Source: Nemertoderma westbladi (Eukaryota; Animalia; Xenacoelomorpha). Taken from it: a stretch of DNA of 64,000 bases. Positions 33,001 through 47,129 of this stretch are shown piece by piece. Where the stretch lies: the NCBI GenBank assembly GCA_032718475.1, contig JAUCBJ010001237.1, positions 1 to 64,000 of the forward strand, in the 5' to 3' direction. Position numbers and translations under genes: made by a program. The notes under the pieces were generated by a model. It was not told the origin of the DNA. It did not search any database and was given only the letters and a program-made list of their open reading frames with translations. Within the stretch, counting starts at the first letter, position 1, and the number at the start of each line of letters is the position of its first letter.

Positions 33001-36000
33001 TATCGATAGACTTACATTCTCTCGCGTCCCTTTACCCTATCGATAGACTTACATTCTCTCGCGTCCCTTTGCCCTATCGATAGACTTACATTCTCTCGCG
33101 TCCCTTTGCCCTATCGATAGACTTACATTCTCTCGCGTCCCTTTACCCTATCGATAGACTTACATTCTCTCGCGTCCCTTTACCCTATCGATAGACTTAC
33201 ATTCTCTCGCGTCCCTTTGCCCTATCGATAGACTTACATTCTCTCGCGTCCCTTTACCCTATCGATAGACTTACATTCTCTCGCGTCCCTTTCCCTATCG
33301 ATAGACTTACATTCTCTCGCGTCCTTTACCCTATCGATAGACTTACATTCTCTCGCGTCCCTTTACCCTATCGATAGACTTACATTCTCTCGCGTCCTTT
33401 ACCCTATCGATAGATTTACATTCTCTCGCGTCCTTTGCCCTATCCATAGACTTACATTCTCTCGCGTCCCTTTCCCTATCAATATACTTACATTCTCTCG
33501 CTTCCCTTTACCTATCAATAGACTTACATTTTCTCGCGTCCCTTACCCTATCAATAGACTTACATTCTCTCGCGTCCCTTTCCCTATCAATAGACTTACA
33601 TTTTCTCGCGTCCCTTTCCCTATCTATAAACTTACATTCTCTCGCGTCCCTTTACCCTATCGATAGACTTACATTCTCTCGCGTCCCTTTCCCTATCAAT
33701 AGACTTACATTTTCTCGCGTCCCTTTCCCTATCGATAGACTTACATTCTATCGCGTCCCTTTACCTATCAATAGACTTACATTTTCTCGCGTCCCTTACC
33801 CTATCGATAGACTTACATTCTCTCGCGTCCCTTTCCCTATCGATAGACTTACATTCTCTCGCGTCCCTTTCCCTATCAATAGACTTACATTCTCTCGCGT
33901 CCCTTTCCCTATCGATAGACTTACATTCTATCGCGTCCCTTTCCCTATCGATAGACTTACATTCTCTCGCGTCCCTTTACCCTATCGATAGACTTACATT
34001 CTCTCGAGTCCCTTTCCCTATCGATAGACTTACATTCTATCGCGTCCCTTTCCCTATCGATAGACTTACATTCTCTCGCGTCCCTTTACCCTATCGATAG
34101 ACTTACATTCTCTCGCGTCCCTTTGCCCTATCCATAGACTTACATTCTCTCGCGTCCCTTTCCCTATCGATAGACTTACATTCTCTCGAGTCCCTTTCCC
34201 TATCGATAGACTTACATTCTATCGCGTCCCTTTCCCTATCGATAGACTTACATTCTCTCGCGTCCCTTTACCCTATCGATAGACTTACATTCTCTCGCGT
34301 CCCTTTGCCCTATCCATAGACTTACATTCTCTCGCGTCCCTTTCCCTATCGATAGACTTACATTCTATCGCGTCCCTTTGCCCTATCGATAGACTTACAT
34401 TCTCTCGCGTCCCTTTCCCTATCGATAGACTTACATTCTCTCGCGTCCCTTTCCCTATCAATAGACTTACATTCTCTCGCGTCCCTTTCCCTATCGATAG
34501 ACTTACATTCTATCGCGTCCCTTTACATATCAATAGACTTACATTTTCTCGCGTCCCTTACCCTATCGATAGACTTACATTCTCTCGCATCCCTTTGCCC
34601 TATCGATAGACTTACATTCTCTCGCGTCCCTTTACCCTATCGATAGACTTACATTCTCTCGCGTCCCTTTGCCCTATCGATAGACTTACATTCTCTCGCG
34701 TCCCTTTGCCCTATCCATAGACTTACATTCTCTCGCGTCCCTTTCCCTATCAATATACTTACATTCTCTCGCTTCCCTTTACCTATCAATAGACTTACAT
34801 TCTCTCGCGTCCCTTTCCCTATCAATAGACTTACATTTTCTCGCGTCCCTTACCCTATCGATAGACTTACATTCTCTCGCGTCCCTTTCCCTATCAATAG
34901 ACTTACATTTTCTCGCGTCCCTTTCCCTATCGATAGACTTACATTCTATCGCGTCCCTTTCCCTATCAATAGACTTACATTTTCTCGCGTCCCTTACCCT
35001 ATCGATAGACTTACATTCTCTCGCGTCCCTTTCCCTATCAATAGACTTACATTCTCTCGCGTCCCTTTCCCTATCGATAGACTTACATTCTATCGCGTCC
35101 CTTTACCTATCAATAGACTTACATTTTCTCGCGTCCCTTACCCTATCGATAGACTTACATTCTCTCGCATCCCTTTGCCCTATCGATAGACTTACATTCT
35201 CTCGCGTCCCTTTACCCTATCGATAGACTTACATTCTCTCGCGTCCCTTTGCCCTATCGATAGACTTACATTCTCTCGCGTCCCTTTGCCCTATCCATAG
35301 ACTTACATTCTCTCGCGTCCCTTTCCCTATCAATATACTTACATTCTCTCGCTTCCCTTTACCTATCAATAGACTTACATTTTCTCGCGTCCCTTACCCT
35401 ATCGATAGACTTACATTCTCTCGCGTCCCTTTCCCTATCAATAGACTTACATTTTCTCGCGTCCCTTACCCTATCGATAGACTTACATTCTCTCGCGTCC
35501 CTTTCCCTATCAATAGACTTACATTTTCTCGCGTCCCTTACCCTATCGATAGACTTACATTCTCTCGCGTCCCTTTCCCTATCAATAGACTTACATTTTC
35601 TCGCGTCCCTTACCCTATCGATAGACTTACATTCTCTCGCATCCCTTTGCCCTATCGATAGACTTACATTCTCTCGCGTCCCTTACCCTATCGATAGACT
35701 TACATTCTCTCGCATCCCTTTGCCCTATCGATAGACTTACATTCTCTCGCGTCCCTTTACCCTATCGATAGACTTACATTCTCTCGCGTCCCTTTGCCCT
35801 ATCGATAGACTTACATTCTCTCGCATCCCTTTGCCCTATCGATAGACTTACATTCTCTCGCGTCCCTTTGCCCTATCGATAGACTTACATTCTCTCGCGT
35901 CCCTTTACCCTATCGATAGACTTACATTCTATCGCGTCCCTTTACCCTATCGATAGACTTACATTTTCTCGCGTCCCTTACCCTATCAATAGACTTACAT

Positions 36001-39000
36001 TCTCTCGCGTCCCTTTCCCTATCAATAGACTTACATTTTCTCGCGTCCCTTACCCTATCGATAGACTTACATTCTCTCGCATCCCTTTGCCCTATCGATA
36101 GACTTACATTCTCTCGCGTCCCTTTGCCCTATCCATAGACTTACATTCTCTCGCGTCCCTTTACCCTATCAATAGACTTACATTCTCTCGCGTCCCTTTA
36201 CCTATCTATAAACTTACATTCTCTCGCGTCCCTTTCCCTATCGATAGACTTCATATTCTCTCGCGTCCCTTTACCCTATCGATAGACTTACATTCTCTCG
36301 CGTCCCTTTGCCCTATCGATAGACTTACATTCTCTCGCGTCCCTTTCCCTATCAATAGACTTACATTTTCTCGCGTCCCTTACCCTATCGATAGACTTAC
36401 ATTCTATTGCGTCCCTTTACCCTATCGATAGACTTACATTCTCTCGCGTCCCTTTACCTATCAATAGACTTACATTTTCTCGCGTCCCTTACCCTATCGA
36501 TAGACTTACATTCTCTCGCATCCCTTTGCCCTATCGATAGACTTACATTCTCTCGCGTCCCTTTGCCCTATCCATAGACTTACATTCTCTCGCGTCCCTT
36601 TCCCTATCAATAGACTTACATTCTCTCGCGTCCCTTTGCCCTATCGATAGACTTACATTCTCTCGCGTCCCTTTGCCCTATCGATAGACTTACATTCTCT
36701 CGCGTCCCTTTCCCTATCAATAGACTTACATTTTCTCGCGTCCCTTACCCTATCGATAGACTTACATTCTCTCGCGTCCCTTTGCCCTATCGATAGACTT
36801 ACATTCTCTCGCGTCCCTTTCCCTATCTATAAACTTACATTCTCTCGCGTCCCTTTCCCTATCGATAGACTTACATTCTCTCGCGTCCCTTTCCCTATCA
36901 ATAGACTTACATTTTCTCGCGTCCCTTACCCTATCGATAGACTTACATTCTCTCGCGTCCCTTTCCCTATCTATAAACTTACATTCTCTCGCGTCCCTTT
37001 CCCTATCGATAGACTTACATTCTCTCGCGTCCCTTTCCCTATCTATAAACTTACATTCTCTCGCGTCCCTTACCCTATCGATAGACTTACATTCTCTCGC
37101 GTCCCTTTACCCTATCGATAGACTTACATTCTCTCGCGTCCCTTTCCCTATCAATAGACTTACATTTTCTCGCGTCCCTTACCCTATCGATAGACTTACA
37201 TTCTCTCGCGTCCCTTTCCCTATCTATAAACTTACATTCTCTCGCGTCCCTTTCCCTATCGATAGACTTACATTCTCTCGCGTCCCTTTCCCTATCTATA
37301 AACTTACATTCTCTCGCGTCCCTTTACCCTATCGATAGACTTACATTCTCTCGCGTCCCTTTGCCCTATCGATAGACTTACATTCTCTCGCGTCCCTTTC
37401 CCTATCGATAGACTTACATTCTCTCGCGTCCCTTTACCCTATCGATAGACTTACATTCTCTCGCGTCCCTTTGCCCTATCGATAGACTTACATTCTCTCG
37501 CGTCCCTTTCCCTATCTATAGACTTACATTCTCTCGCGTCCCTTTCCCTATCGATAGACTTACATTCTCTCGCGTCCCTTTCCCTATCTATAGACTTACA
37601 TTCTCTCGCGTCCCTTTCCCTATCGATAGACTTACATTCTCTCGCGTCCCTTTCCCTATCTATAAACTTACATTCTCTCGCGTCCCTTTACCCTATCGAT
37701 AGACTTACATTCTCTCGCGTCCCTTTGCCCTATCGATAGACTTACATTCTCTCGCGTCCCTTTCCCTATCAATAGACTTACATTTTCTCGCGTCCCTTAC
37801 CCTATCGATAGACTTACATTCTATTGCGTCCCTTTACCCTATCGATAGACTTACATTCTCTCGCGTCCCTTTACCTATCAATAGACTTACATTTTCTCGC
37901 GTCCCTTACCCTATCGATAGACTTACATTCTCTCGCGTCCCTTTCCCTATCGATAGACTTACATTCTCTCGCGTCCCTTTGCCCTATCGATAGACTTACA
38001 TTCTCTCGCGTCCCTTTCCCTATCAATAGACTTACATTTTCTCGCGTCCCTTACCCTATCGATAGACTTACATTCTATTGCGTCCCTTTACCCTATCGAT
38101 AGACTTACATTCTCTCGCGTCCCTTTACCTATCAATAGACTTACATTTTCTCGCGTCCCTTACCCTATCGATAGACTTACATTCTCTCGCGTCCCTTTAC
38201 CTATCAATAGACTTACATTTTCTCGCGTCCCTTACCCTATCGATAGACTTACATTCTCTCGCGTCCCTTTGCCCTATCCATAGACTTACATTCTCTCGCG
38301 TCCCTTTGCCCTATCCATAGACTTACATTCTCTCGCGTCCCTTTCCCTATCTATAAACTTACATTCTCTCGCGTCCCTTTGCCCTATCCATAGACTTACA
38401 TTCTCTCGCGTCCCTTTCCCTATCGATAGACTTAAACATTCTCTCGCGTCCCTTTCCCTATCGATAGACTTACATTCTATCGCGTCCCTTTCCCTATCGA
38501 TAGACTTACATTCTCTCGCGTCCCTTTACCCTATCGATAGACTTACATTCTCTCGCGTCCCTTTGCCCTATCCATAGACTTACATTCTCTCGCGTCCCTT
38601 TCCCTATCGATAGACTTACATTCTATCGCGTCCCTTTGCCCTATCCATAGACTTACATTCTCTCGCGTCCCTTTCCCTATCGATAGACTTACATTCTCTC
38701 GCGTCCCTTTCCCTATCAATAGACTTACATTCTCTCGCGTCCCTTTCCCTATCGATAGACTTACATTCTATCGCGTCCCTTTACCTATCAATAGACTTAC
38801 ATTTTCTCGCGTCCCTTACCCTATCGATAGACTTACATTCTCTCGCATCCCTTTGCCCTATCGATAGACTTACATTCTCTCGCGTCCCTTTACCCTATCG
38901 ATAGACTTACATTCTCTCGCGTCCCTTTGCCCTATCGATAGACTTACATTCTCTCGCGTCCCTTTGCCCTATCCATAGACTTACATTCTCTCGCGTCCCT

Positions 39001-41693
39001 TTACCCTATCGATAGACTTACATTCTCTCGCTTCCCTTTACCCTATCGATAGACTTACATTCTCTCGCGTCCCTTTCCCTATCAATAGACTTACATTCTC
39101 TCGCGTCCCTTTCCCTATCGATAGACTTACATTCTCTCGCGTCCCTTTGCCCTATCGATAGACTTACATTCTCTCGCGTCCCTTTGCCCTATCCATAGAC
39201 TTACATTCTCTCGCGTCCCTTTGCCCTATCGATAGACTTACATTCTCTCGCTTCCCTTTCCCTATCAATAGACTTACATTCTCTCGCGTCCCTTTCCCTA
39301 TCAATAGACTTACATTCTCTCGCATCCCTTTGCCCTATCGATAGACTTACATTCTCTCGCGTCCCTTTACCCTATCGATAGACTTACATTCTCTCGCGTC
39401 CCTTTCCCTATCTATAAACTTACATTCTCTCGCGTCCCTTTGCCCTATCTATAAACTTACATTCTCTCGCGTCCCTTTGCCCTATCCATAGACTTACATT
39501 CTCTCGCGTCCCTTTGCCCTATCGATAGACTTACATTCTCTCGCGTCCCTTTCCCTATCGATAGACTTACATTCTCTCGCGTCCCTTTACCCTATCGATA
39601 GACTTACATTCTCTCGCTTCCCTTTACCCTATCGATAGACTTACATTCTCTCGCGTCCCTTTCCCTATCAATAGACTTACATTCTCTCGCGTCCCTTTCC
39701 CTATCGATAGACTTACATTCTCTCGCGTCCCTTTGCCCTATCGATAGACTTACATTCTCTCGCGTCCCTTTGCCCTATCCATAGACTTACATTCTCTCGC
39801 GTCCCTTTGCCCTATCGATAGACTTACATTCTCTCGCTTCCCTTTCCCTATCAATAGACTTACATTCTCTCGCGTCCCTTTCCCTATCAATAGACTTACA
39901 TTCTCTCGCATCCCTTTGCCCTATCGATAGACTTACATTCTCTCGCGTCCCTTTACCCTATCGATAGACTTACATTCTCTCGCGTCCCTTTCCCTATCTA
40001 TAAACTTACATTCTCTCGCGTCCCTTTGCCCTATCCATAGACTTACATTCTCTCGCGTCCCTTTGCCCTATCGATAGACTTACATTCTCTCGCATCCCTT
40101 TGCCCTATCGATAGACTTACATTCTCTCGCGTCCCTTTACCCTATCGATAGACTTACATTCTCTCGCTTCCCTTTCCCTATCAATAGACTTACATTCTCT
40201 CGCGTCCCTTTCCCTATCAATAGACTTACATTCTCTCGCATCCCTTTGCCCTATCGATAGACTTACATTCTCTCGCGTCCCTTTACCCTATCGATAGACT
40301 TACATTCTCTCGCGTCCCTTTCCCTATCTATAAACTTACATTCTCTCGCGTCCCTTTCCCTATCAATAGACTTACATTCTCTCGCGTCCCTTTCCCTATC
40401 GATAGACTTACATTCTCTCGCGTCCCTTTGCCCTATCGATAGACTTACATTCTCTCGCGTCCCTTTGCCCTATCCATAGACTTACATTCTCTCGCGTCCC
40501 TTTGCCCTATCCATAGACTTACATTCTCTCGCGTCCCTTTCCCTATTGATAGACTTACATTCTATCGCGTCCCTTTACCCTATCGATAGACTTACATTCT
40601 CTCGCGTCCCTTTGCCCAATCGATAGACTTACATTCTCTCGCGTCCCTTTGCCCTATCCATAGACTTACATTCTCTCGCGTCCCTTTGCCCTATCCATAG
40701 ACTTACATTCTCTCGCGTCCCTTTGCCCTATCCATAGACTTACATTCTCTCGCGTCCCTTTGCCCTATCGATAGACTTACATTCTCTCGCGTCCCTTTCC
40801 CTATCGATAGACTTACATTCTCTTGCGTCCCTTTGCCCTATCGATAGACTTACATTCTCTCGCGTCCCTTACCCTATCGATAGACTTACATTCTCTCGCG
40901 TCCCTCTACCCTATCGATAGACTTACATCCTCTCGTGTCCCTTTGCCCTATCGATAGACTTACACTCTCTCGCGTCCCTTTGCCCAATCGATAGACTTAC
41001 ATTCTCTCGCGTCCCTTTACCCTATCGATAGACTTACATTCTCTCGCGTCCCTTACGCTATCGATAGGCTTACATTCTCTCGCGTCCCTTTACCCTATCG
41101 ATAGACTTACATTCTCTCGCGTCCCTTTACCCTATCGATAGACTTACATTCTCTCGCGTCCCTTTACCCTATCGATAGACTTACATTCTATCGCGTCCCT
41201 TACGCTATCGATAGACTTACATTCTCTCGCGTCCCTTTACCCTATCGATAGACTTACATTCTCTCGCGTCCCTTTGCCCTATCGATAGACTTACATTCTC
41301 TCGCGTCCCTCTACCCTATCGATAGACTTACATTCTCTCGCGTCCCTTTGCCCTATCGATAGACTTACATTCTCTCGCGTCCCTCTACCCTATCGATAGA
41401 CTTACATTCTCTCGCGTCCCTCTACCCTATCGATAGACTTACATTCTCTCGCGTCCCTTACCCTATCGATAGACTTACATTCTATCGCGTCCCTTACGCT
41501 ATCGATAGACTTACATTCTCTCGCGTCCCTTTACCCTATCGATAGACTTACATTCTCTCGCGTCCCTTTGCCCTATCGATAGACTTACATTCTCTCGCGT
41601 CCCTCTACCCTATCGATAGACTTACATTCTCTCGCGTCCCTTTGCCCTATCGATAGACTTACATTCTCTCGCGTCCCTTTGCCCTATCGATAG
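27087..41693. repeat. 36/37-bp satellite array 2 (~400 units); its last unit is the real exon end and splice donor
   Basis: Same unit as array 1 with more variants; runs directly into the exon at 41663-41811. Confidence 0.98.
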
Positions 41694-41811
41694 ATGACTC
41701 CTTTGAAACCTCCTGGTTGCATCCAACTGAAACCGACGTCTTTCCTCCAGCACACTTTCCCTTCTCTTCTCCTCCCGTTCCTGTTCTTGGCGGCGTTTTG
41801 TTTCCAAAGCC
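41663..41811 (-). CDS. CEP126/KIAA1377-like coding exon (ALETKRRQEQEREEKRRESVLEERRRFQLDATRRFQRSHLSIGQRDARE)
   Basis: Acceptor tgtttcag, donor GTAAGT (41662-41657); phases fit both neighbouring exons. Resembles recalled CEP126 AFEEKRKEQEEKE…EVTEKFQRAHVPLSQR. Confidence 0.8.
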
Positions 41812-42574
41812 CTGAAACATTAACATGTAACTAAATGATACGTTGAGCTACGGCCACGCCAGTCTATGTATAACGAACGATATCATTAAATGTATATTCA
41901 ACCCGATAATAAAACACAAATATAATGATATAATAACACAAATAGTATTAAACAATAAATATTATTCTTGGAAATAATATTGTCATTGTCCGAGCTTGAA
42001 AATTGTTTTTCTATTCAAATTTTAGTGGCAGTATTTAAGGTTGCTATTTATTTCCCTACGGCGGAAGGAGAAGTGTTGTATTCTAAAGATATAAGAACGA
42101 AATAATGCACCTCAATATTGCTCGGTACATCTCCTATCAGACTGCAGTGCAAATGTAAATAAACCACTGCACTGGTAGCGGTAGGTCTTCTAAAGTTATA
42201 AAGTGGTAGGCTAATACCCCAAATAGGAGGTAATTAAATGTTCGAGAAGGTCTTAAAGATCAGTGGGCGAGTCAACCCGACCGGAATATGAGAAGATTGA
42301 AGAGAAACCCAGTCGTTGGACTTTTGGAAGAGATGATGCGAGAATAAACTAGAAGTACTATAACGCAATCTAGTAAACAGCTTGAACAAACAACGGCGGG
42401 GTCAGAGAGACGACGAGATAGGAGTGCAAGGTAAACCATATAGACGATAAGATGGGAGGAGGTTCAGTGATTTCGAGAGGATGAAAGGCAATTTAAGTAG
42501 AACGTGAAAATAGAATAGCTTTTATAGTTTATAAGTCTAAATAAATTTCAAGCATAAAGTTATATATTTTTTAA

Positions 42575-42858
42575 ATAAAGTTTTCTTCGACGGTTAGGTT
42601 AGGCCATGGATCACGCACAAATGCAAAGTCTTACGACTTATTTCCAGTGCGGTACTCCCTAAACTATACTTCCTAGAGAAACTCCAATATTCATTAATCT
42701 ATATACCAATCACGGACGCAAGGAAGATATGCACCCTGGCTATTCCCATAAAGCATTCACACCGAAACGAAAACCTCCCTGGCCCCCCATGCGGGGATCG
42801 AACTCACGACTTCCTGAGGGATGTGAATTCAATGCAACTACTACACCAAGGTGGAACT
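42575..42858 (-). mobile_element. tRNA-derived SINE, family A
   Basis: A box TGGTGTAGTAG and B box AGTTCGATCC on the minus strand; diverged copy of 56225-56506. Confidence 0.8.
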
Positions 42859-44893
42859 TAAATTATTTGCACCAACTATAATCGGTGTTAATTGAGGTCA
42901 AACTGGTTAATATACTATATTAATATAATATAATATAGTATCAATAAGTTATTTCATTTTAAGTAAGTAATGTAAAAGACCAGTTTTAGTGAAAGCCAGT
43001 GGCCAGTGTGTGGCGGCGTGCGTGTGGATAAGTAAATACCCATTCCATACCTTGGGAACCCTGGCACTGGTTGTGGCGAAGAACGGAATACAGGGAATTC
43101 ATAAAGACCGCGCCATGACTTCCGTAAATCGTAGAATGGTTGGTTACATTCGCTACAATGTATGTTGGTACCAGGGAAGGATTTTATGTGAACCATAGCA
43201 GTAAAAATTAATATTATTAATAAATTATGTCTACAACTGTAGTATTATTATAGCAACGTTGGTTTAGCTAAAATATAGTTGTTTAGAGAAAATAATAGTT
43301 ACAGTGATGTTACAATTTAAATATTAGAGAATATTAACTTGTGTGTGTAAATAATATTGTATCAATACAAATAGTTCTGCATAATATTATTACATTATAA
43401 TCTCCCCACATCTTTCATTCTGTATAATTTACTGGTTGCAATATATATTATTTAGGTCAAGTCAAGTTGCAATTTATTTAAATTTCAAATTCAGTGAACA
43501 GGTGATTTAATATAATATAGTAAGTACTGTAGTCGTGTAGTGCGAAAAAAAAATAAATGAGAAAAAAAAATATCAAATAAAAAGGGCAACTAGAATTGTG
43601 GAAACATTTAGTAATAATAATAATGGTTTCGTGATGAAGTATGTCCATCAGCGCTTGATAAATAATAATAATGATTTATAGGAAACAACTTAGTGATGAG
43701 AGTGGAGGAGACTCATTGTGTACGCAGGTAAATCACATATACCGAGAGTGTATGGAATAGGTGCGCAGGTAAGGTAGATTTATCCAATCAATATCCAATT
43801 AATCGAGTATTGAGTGCAAGGAGACAGTAACCTAGGTGATGGGTGAGCATCAATAATAACAGCTTCATTTATTATCTGAGAGACATATTATATATATTCA
43901 ATAAGTAAATAAGAAATAAGAACATGTGTGCAAGTGCAACTCATTACACAGTAAAGTTGCGCACACATGCACAATTAGTTATAATCAATGATATATTATT
44001 AACGTATATTAATCACATTATAAGAGAAATAGCAGCCAGAAATATATATTTTTTTATTATTGTCTCCCTTTTTCGTAATAAACTCCTCATCTTTAGACAG
44101 TTATAAGTTTAAATAAATAATAAGCCTTAATTGATTCTGTGGATTAGTTATAAATAAAATTAATTGTATGGGGCGAGCCGCGAAGTAAACGAAGCCTGAA
44201 AGGGAAGTTATATTATTACACGACTCGTCCGATTACACCATCACGGCGCTAATGTCTAAATATCCAAATAATTCTTCTGATTCTGTGCTCATTGTGAGAA
44301 CTTTTCTTACAGATAGTAGACGACAGTTTTCCCCGATTTATAGTAATAATGACGTGGCAAATCCATGTCACATACAGCCCGCCGAGTCATATGTGTAGTA
44401 TATTATATGTAACATAAGGCTCGAATGGGAATATGCACACGGGGGAGTGAGAGAGAGATAGTGAAATATGTACACGAGGGAGGGTGAGATATATATATAT
44501 ATTGAAAGATGAGAAGTGAGAAAAAGTAACATGTTATATCCCGATCCACACCTTCCCTGTTTTCGGGGCATCTTTCCCCTGATAGGCCTGGCCTACATGA
44601 CTAGATCATAGGCATTTAATCCAGAATGCTCAACATTATTGTCGGCAAGCTGTAATTTACTGTATCTTCATAATATGAATGGGAAACAAGTCTAAATGAT
44701 ATTTGGGTGTTCGTTGTTAAAGCAACGGGATATTACAAGGGCTAGTAATACCGCGGCTAAATCCAACAACACAATATCAACGGTGTTTTTTTAATGTCCA
44801 AAACGCCAAAATGTTCATTTTGAGAAAACAAATATTTTTTTAATTTATTATATTTACTTATAATATACATTATAGTGCTACACAATATCACCA

Positions 44894-46899
44894 GGTGGCG
44901 GTCTCAATAGAAAGGGACCTATTGACATATTTGTCCAATTATATTTTATTGGCCATTTAGATGCAGAATTTTCAGGAGATTTCAAGATCTCTTTTAGTTC
45001 TCGAGTTATGGGACAAAGTATGCGGCAAGGTTTGGAGGGGCGGAAAAACATTGTTATTTGAATGTTTATTTTTTCCTGAAATGCTAAAAACATTTCAGGG
45101 CTTTCGCGCAGCACGTGAGTGGCTCAATCTTTAAAAATATTTGAAAATTTAGGATTAATTAGGATTAAAAAATTACATAACTATCTACCATTATTATTAT
45201 AATTAATAATTAAATAATTAATATATCGAATCAGAAAATGCTGTTACATTTTCATTATTATCAGTATTATCGATACCAACAAGCTCCTCAAGTTGTTCCA
45301 GATCTGCTAATGCATTGAAGTACTCAGTTAAATAATTAAATTCCACTTCCATAATTTAAGATAGAGTTACAAAAATATAACATAAACACTAGTAAAACAA
45401 CAGATAAGATAAATACTAATTTGAATTTCCCTCATAACAAGATTTTCAACAGCTGATATTATTGCAAAAAAATGTCCACTAAAGGCGTTTTTCTCAGATA
45501 AGAGAGTTTTTCCCAATAGAGAACGCCTTGCGTGACAAGTTCCTTCCAGCGATTATGGGTGGTTCAGTTTCCAATGTGGAACGGAAGCTGCTTTCCTTAC
45601 CAGTAGGCAAAGGTGGCTTGGGAATCCCTGATCCTACTCAGACAGCAACTACCTCACTAGAGACTTCTCGATCCGCAACGCAAGTGGCATGTGAAGCAAT
45701 CAAAAGTCGATCAGAAATTAACTTTTATGAACATGGACGCTCCGTGAAGGAGGCACGGCAATCCCACTCCAAGCAGGCATGTGAACATGCCGACAACATC
45801 CTTGATTCGGTGCAGAATGAATTACCCCCATCTCGTCGACGAGCAGTTGGAAGGGCCTCATCATCGACTTCGAGTTGGCTGACAGCACTTCCACTCAAGT
45901 CACAAAACTTCGATCTGGCAGCCAATGAGTTTAGGGATGGACTCAGTCTTCGCTATGGACGTCCTCTAGTGGGTGCACCCACCAACTGTGATGGCTGCGG
46001 TTCAGCATTCACGCTCTCACACGCCTTGGATTGCAAGAAAGGTGGTTTAGTAACATTGCGTCACAACGAGGTGCGAGATGCCCAGGGTGAGCTCTTTAGC
46101 CTGGTCCTCTCGGAGGCATCAGTAGAGAGAGAGCCCATCATCCGCGAGGCAGATGAGCAACACAACATGGAAGGACTGCGAGGTGACTTATCTGTACGGG
46201 GATTCTGGCAGCAGCAGAAGAGGGCGTTGTTTGATATTCGAGTTGTTGACTCTGACGCCCCCTCTTATGCTACCAGATCAGTACAGTCGCTATTGAGCAG
46301 CCCAGAAAGAGAGAAGAAAAATAAATATCTGGACGCTTGCACACAACGTCAGGCTGACTTCTCCCCTTTGGTTACCACAGTAGATGGCGTTCTGGGTACA
46401 GAGTACTCCATGGTCCTCCGCCGCCTGGCTGAGTTCCTCAGTACCAACTGGGATAAACCCTACTCCCAGGTAATGTGATGGGTCCGAACCAGACTGTCAT
46501 TTGCGACGCTGAGGGCCACCTGTGCCTGTTTTAGATCATCCAGGTCACGTTGGCGGTGCTCAGGTGTAACGGATGGAGCTGCACTACCTCGATTTACATT
46601 CGAGAACTAGACACTTCCTGCAGCTGGTATTGAATAGTTTGCATTTTCAGGTTGTACAGTTTGCAGGGTTATCAATATCAACACTATTTTACTATAGCTA
46701 TATATGTTTGTCTTCTGTCCTTCCTCCACTTTTTGGCCATATTTCATTAATATTTCTGTGCAGAATAATTTCAAATCAGTTTTATTATGTAATCGTAACA
46801 ATAAAAACTCTAAATTATTTTTATGATGTTGAATAATAAATTAAATTGAATTCATTATAAAAAAAAAAAAATAGGTCCCTTTCTATTGTGACCGCCACC
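44894..46899. mobile_element. Probable non-autonomous DNA transposon bounded by 30-bp inverted repeats, containing a CRE-like insertion
   Basis: GGTGGCGGTCTCAATAGAAAGGGACCTATT (44894-44923) matches the inverted copy at 46870-46899 in 29/30 positions; true ends uncertain. Confidence 0.55.
45517..46580 (+). mobile_element. 5'-truncated CRE-like non-LTR retrotransposon (zinc knuckle + restriction-like endonuclease)
   Basis: LP…GGLGIP, SSWLTALP, CxxC…H…C, RHNEVRD, RGDL…FDIRV, EREKKNKY. A premature TGA at 46476 is followed by further coding-like sequence. Confidence 0.85.
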
Positions 46900-47129
46900 A
46901 AATGTGTATATATTGCAGAGATGTTATTCACCACAAAATTGATTATAAAAAATGTGGCTTTTGGTATATACAATACATCTAAAGAAATATTACATACAAA
47001 ATTAAATATTTTAGTTTCAAAAAATAATCGCAAACGACATTTTATATTTACCTGTGTGGAGTTTGGTAGATAAAAAAACCTATTTTCATTAAAAAATTTC
47101 AAAATGTTCCAAACGACATTTTTTCTTAC

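Noticed and set aside
4398-38320. Short ORFs inside the 36/37-bp satellite arrays (likewise those in 47089-50754 and 58690-58893)
   Set aside because: By-products of repeat periodicity, mostly with non-ATG starts.
27087-41662. Satellite as canonical recursive-splicing (ratchet) sites
   Set aside because: The donor is preceded by GAAT, not YAG, and the sense strand is purine-rich with no polypyrimidine tract.
317-41693. 36/37-bp repeats as a CRISPR array
   Set aside because: Units are head-to-tail with no unique spacers, there are no cas genes, and the context is eukaryotic.
42100-42510. Possible decayed LINE remnant
   Set aside because: Too degenerate to recover a convincing motif by eye.
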